DNA of 10,395 nt from Octopus sinensis. Taxonomy: Eukaryota. Shown here in pieces: positions 7,879 to 10,395 of this stretch; positions within the stretch are counted from its first letter, which is position 1; each line of letters opens with the position of its first letter. The stretch covers positions 1-10,395 of the forward strand of contig NW_021827467.1 in the NCBI RefSeq assembly GCF_006345805.1. The letters run 5' to 3'. Below the pieces are notes generated by a model. That model made no database searches. It was not told the origin of the DNA and saw only the letters and a list, made by a program, of their open reading frames with translations. A program made the position numbers and the translations under genes.

Positions 7879-8397
7879 CTCATATGGATGTGATCTTTCG
7901 TTGTTTTTCCCTTATAACTATGTGAGTTATTTCTGAGTATGCATTGTCTGGGAGAATTTTTCTTGCAGTTGAAGAAATAGCCAAATTTTTGGCTGCTATT
8001 TCTAAGAAGCTCGGTGTGTGGTAAAGTGAATTTTTTTACTTTACCATATTTTTATAAATTAATACTTCAATATATATATATATACAATAATCTACCTACC
8101 GACCGATCTGCCTACCTAGTAACCTATCTATCTATGTATCTATATCACATATCGAAATTTTAAACTGAGGTTCCTATTTGAACGCAAAATTAAGCAAGAC
8201 AACCAAATATTTACTCATTGATACTTAACTGATAGGAAAACCTCATTAAAACGTGGTGTGCTAATAAAATAATTTAAATTTGTAGCAACTGCGATCAACG
8301 GGATTGGATTTACTGAGTGGAAATATTATAAACCAACCGAATACTTAAATACCAAGTATAAGTACGAAATCACCATGCTTGGCTCTTGAGAGATGAA

Positions 8398-8523
8398 AGG
8401 CGTGTTGGTGTGCTAAGAAGCTTACTCACCAACCACATGGCTGCTTGGAAACTTCCGCAAGTGTCTTAGGCAAGTGTCTCTGTCCCACCAAATTCTTGTG
8501 AATGGATTGGGTAGACGAAAACT
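8398..8523 (+). mobile_element. Highly decayed 5' part of a third tRNA/CORE-like SINE
   Basis: aggcgtg...gtgtgctaagaagcttactcaccaaccacatgg, CORE-like cttaggcaagtgtct, and ccaaattcttgtgaatggattgggtagacgaaaact resemble an abundant cephalopod SINE as I recall it. B box lost. Internal duplication gcaagtgtct at 8457-8466 and 8470-8479. Confidence 0.55.
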
Positions 8524-8919
8524 ATTAAATTCTTTGTCTGTCTGTCTCTTTTCTATGAATTCTCCAGCAAATCATGTCAGATTTCACAAGGCAATACTAT
8601 TAGACACCACTAGTGTCAACATGTAATTTTTAAAATTTTCCCTTGGATTAAAACAATATAACCTTTTCTTCAAAATAATCTTTCAATACTTAAATGACAT
8701 TTTATACCAAGACGACGACGACGACGACAACACATTTTGTGTATGACTGTGTATGTGTTTGCTCGGTCGTTACGTAAATGTATGTCTGTGTCCATTTTCC
8801 TCGCAAAAAACCTTGTGGCAACGGAGTAATAACTTAAGTGAGCTGTAGTCCATTTGGCGGTTATTTCTAGCGTACAATTCAGCGCCTTTATTATAATTCT
8901 ATTTTATCATTATACTTAA

Positions 8920-9046
8920 ATATATATATATTTTATGTGTCTGTACATTATATATATATATATGATATATATATATATATTCTAATATATATATATATTA
9001 TATATATGTATATATGTGTGTGTGTATGTGTGTGTGCATGTGTGCA
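8920..9046. repeat. (TA)n/(TG)n microsatellite
   Basis: Read directly; a short (GAC)n also lies at 8711-8728. Confidence 0.92.
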
Positions 9047-9315
9047 TATGCGTTCTTGTTTGTTTGTCTTTGACTATGTCCATGTATGTGTTTCAATCAG
9101 TTTAATAGGTTACTTTTTACCTGCCGTTACTTTGACATCTTCGCCATATTTGATTAATTAACATGCGATAACCTATTCATGAATGCACGTCGCCATCGTT
9201 AAACATCATTGTAATATTATTGAAATTGTGAGACGTGATAAACATTAGAGTATGTATGTATTAAATCTATTATCTCTATTTGGATGAATTTCCCCCGTCT
9301 CTCTCTCTGTATATG

Positions 9316-9472
<157 letters not shown>

Positions 9473-9985
9473 GTGAATGTAGCAAGGATGGCACGTATGA
9501 ATGACGAAGCCACCTTGAGCATAGTCCTATGAACCCAGAAATTGAAAACAGAGGGTTACACACTTGCAAACAAATGTGGCAACATATAACAATATTGACC
9601 AAGGTACCGTGGTCTTTTTCGTAGGCTTTTCTTCCCACGGATAAACCATACTTGCTTTCCCCTTTACACCATATATCATAACACTGTGATACACGATCCC
9701 TATTGATCGTTTCCTTTTTTTTTTCCTCTTCCCCTTTTTTCCCCTTTTTCTTCTTTTTTCATTTCTCTTTTCTTTTGTTCCTTTCCCTTTCTTTTTTTTT
9801 CTTTTATTCTTTTTATTTTTTATTCTATTTTTTTCTTTTTTTATTTTTTTTGTTCTTTTCTTCCCTTTTACGATCCCTCTTGATCGAAAACCTACGCCAC
9901 CCCTTTTTTTCATCCCCCAAAAGAAAAGCTCTACCTTGTAACTTGTCCCATCTGTGTGAAGCCCTGTGTGGCCAATAAAGAAACT
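9473..9985 (+). mobile_element. 5'-truncated LINE-like 3' end (last codons of an ORF plus 3' UTR; possibly L1/Tx1 group) inserted in (TCTA)n
   Basis: Starts abruptly with VNVARMARMNDEATLSIVL* (9473-9532). Contains a T-rich tract (9711-9869) and ends gccctgtgtggccAATAAAgaaac. Flanked by a 13 bp direct repeat tatccatccatct (9460-9472, 9986-9998). The tail matches SINE family B. The clade assignment is from recollection only. Confidence 0.65.
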
Positions 9986-10050
9986 TATCCATCCATCTAT
10001 CTATCTGTCTATTTATCTATCTATCTATCTATCTCTCTATCCATCCGTCC

Positions 10051-10128
<78 letters not shown>

Positions 10129-10180
10129 ATGTCTGTCTGTCTGTCTGTCTATCTATCTGTCTGTCTGTCTCTCTGTCTAT
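9986..10180. repeat. (TCTA)n/(TCTG)n microsatellite
   Basis: Read directly. Confidence 0.96.
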
Positions 10181-10395
10181 TAATAATCATGTAATATTTC
10201 TATGTATCTGCTTCATATTGCTGTCCTTTTCTCCCTCTGTCTCTCTATAGAATTATATACATTTATACATATATATATATATATCACAATCAAGGAACGG
10301 CCATAATAGGCCATTCACCCACTAGAAATAACAGCCAAAAGCTTAACCGCAAAATAACATCAATTCCGTAAACCAGGAGAAAATAAAAAAACATT

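Overview
AT-rich eukaryotic non-coding DNA dominated by microsatellites ((TA)n, (TATG)n, (TCTA)n, (TTA)n, (TACC)n) with many short transposon insertions. The repeat families resemble those I associate with octopus/coleoid cephalopod genomes; this is recalled, not searched. No host gene is supported, and almost all listed ORFs are microsatellite or repeat read-throughs. Elements found: two copies of one tRNA-derived SINE with target-site duplications (3750-4116, 6230-6609); a second tRNA-SINE on the minus strand (4244-4458); a mariner-derived MITE (3271-3490); a ~340 bp fold-back palindrome (4521-4861); a 5'-truncated R4/Dong-clade retrotransposon endonuclease fragment inside a (TAA)n tract (5021-5648); and a LINE-like 3' end (9473-9985) whose terminal 41 nt match the tail of the second SINE. 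Most notable are four hammerhead-ribozyme-like motifs of the Penelope/retrozyme type, each in a segment next to a (TA)n tract. The one at 7811-7878 keeps the full catalytic core.
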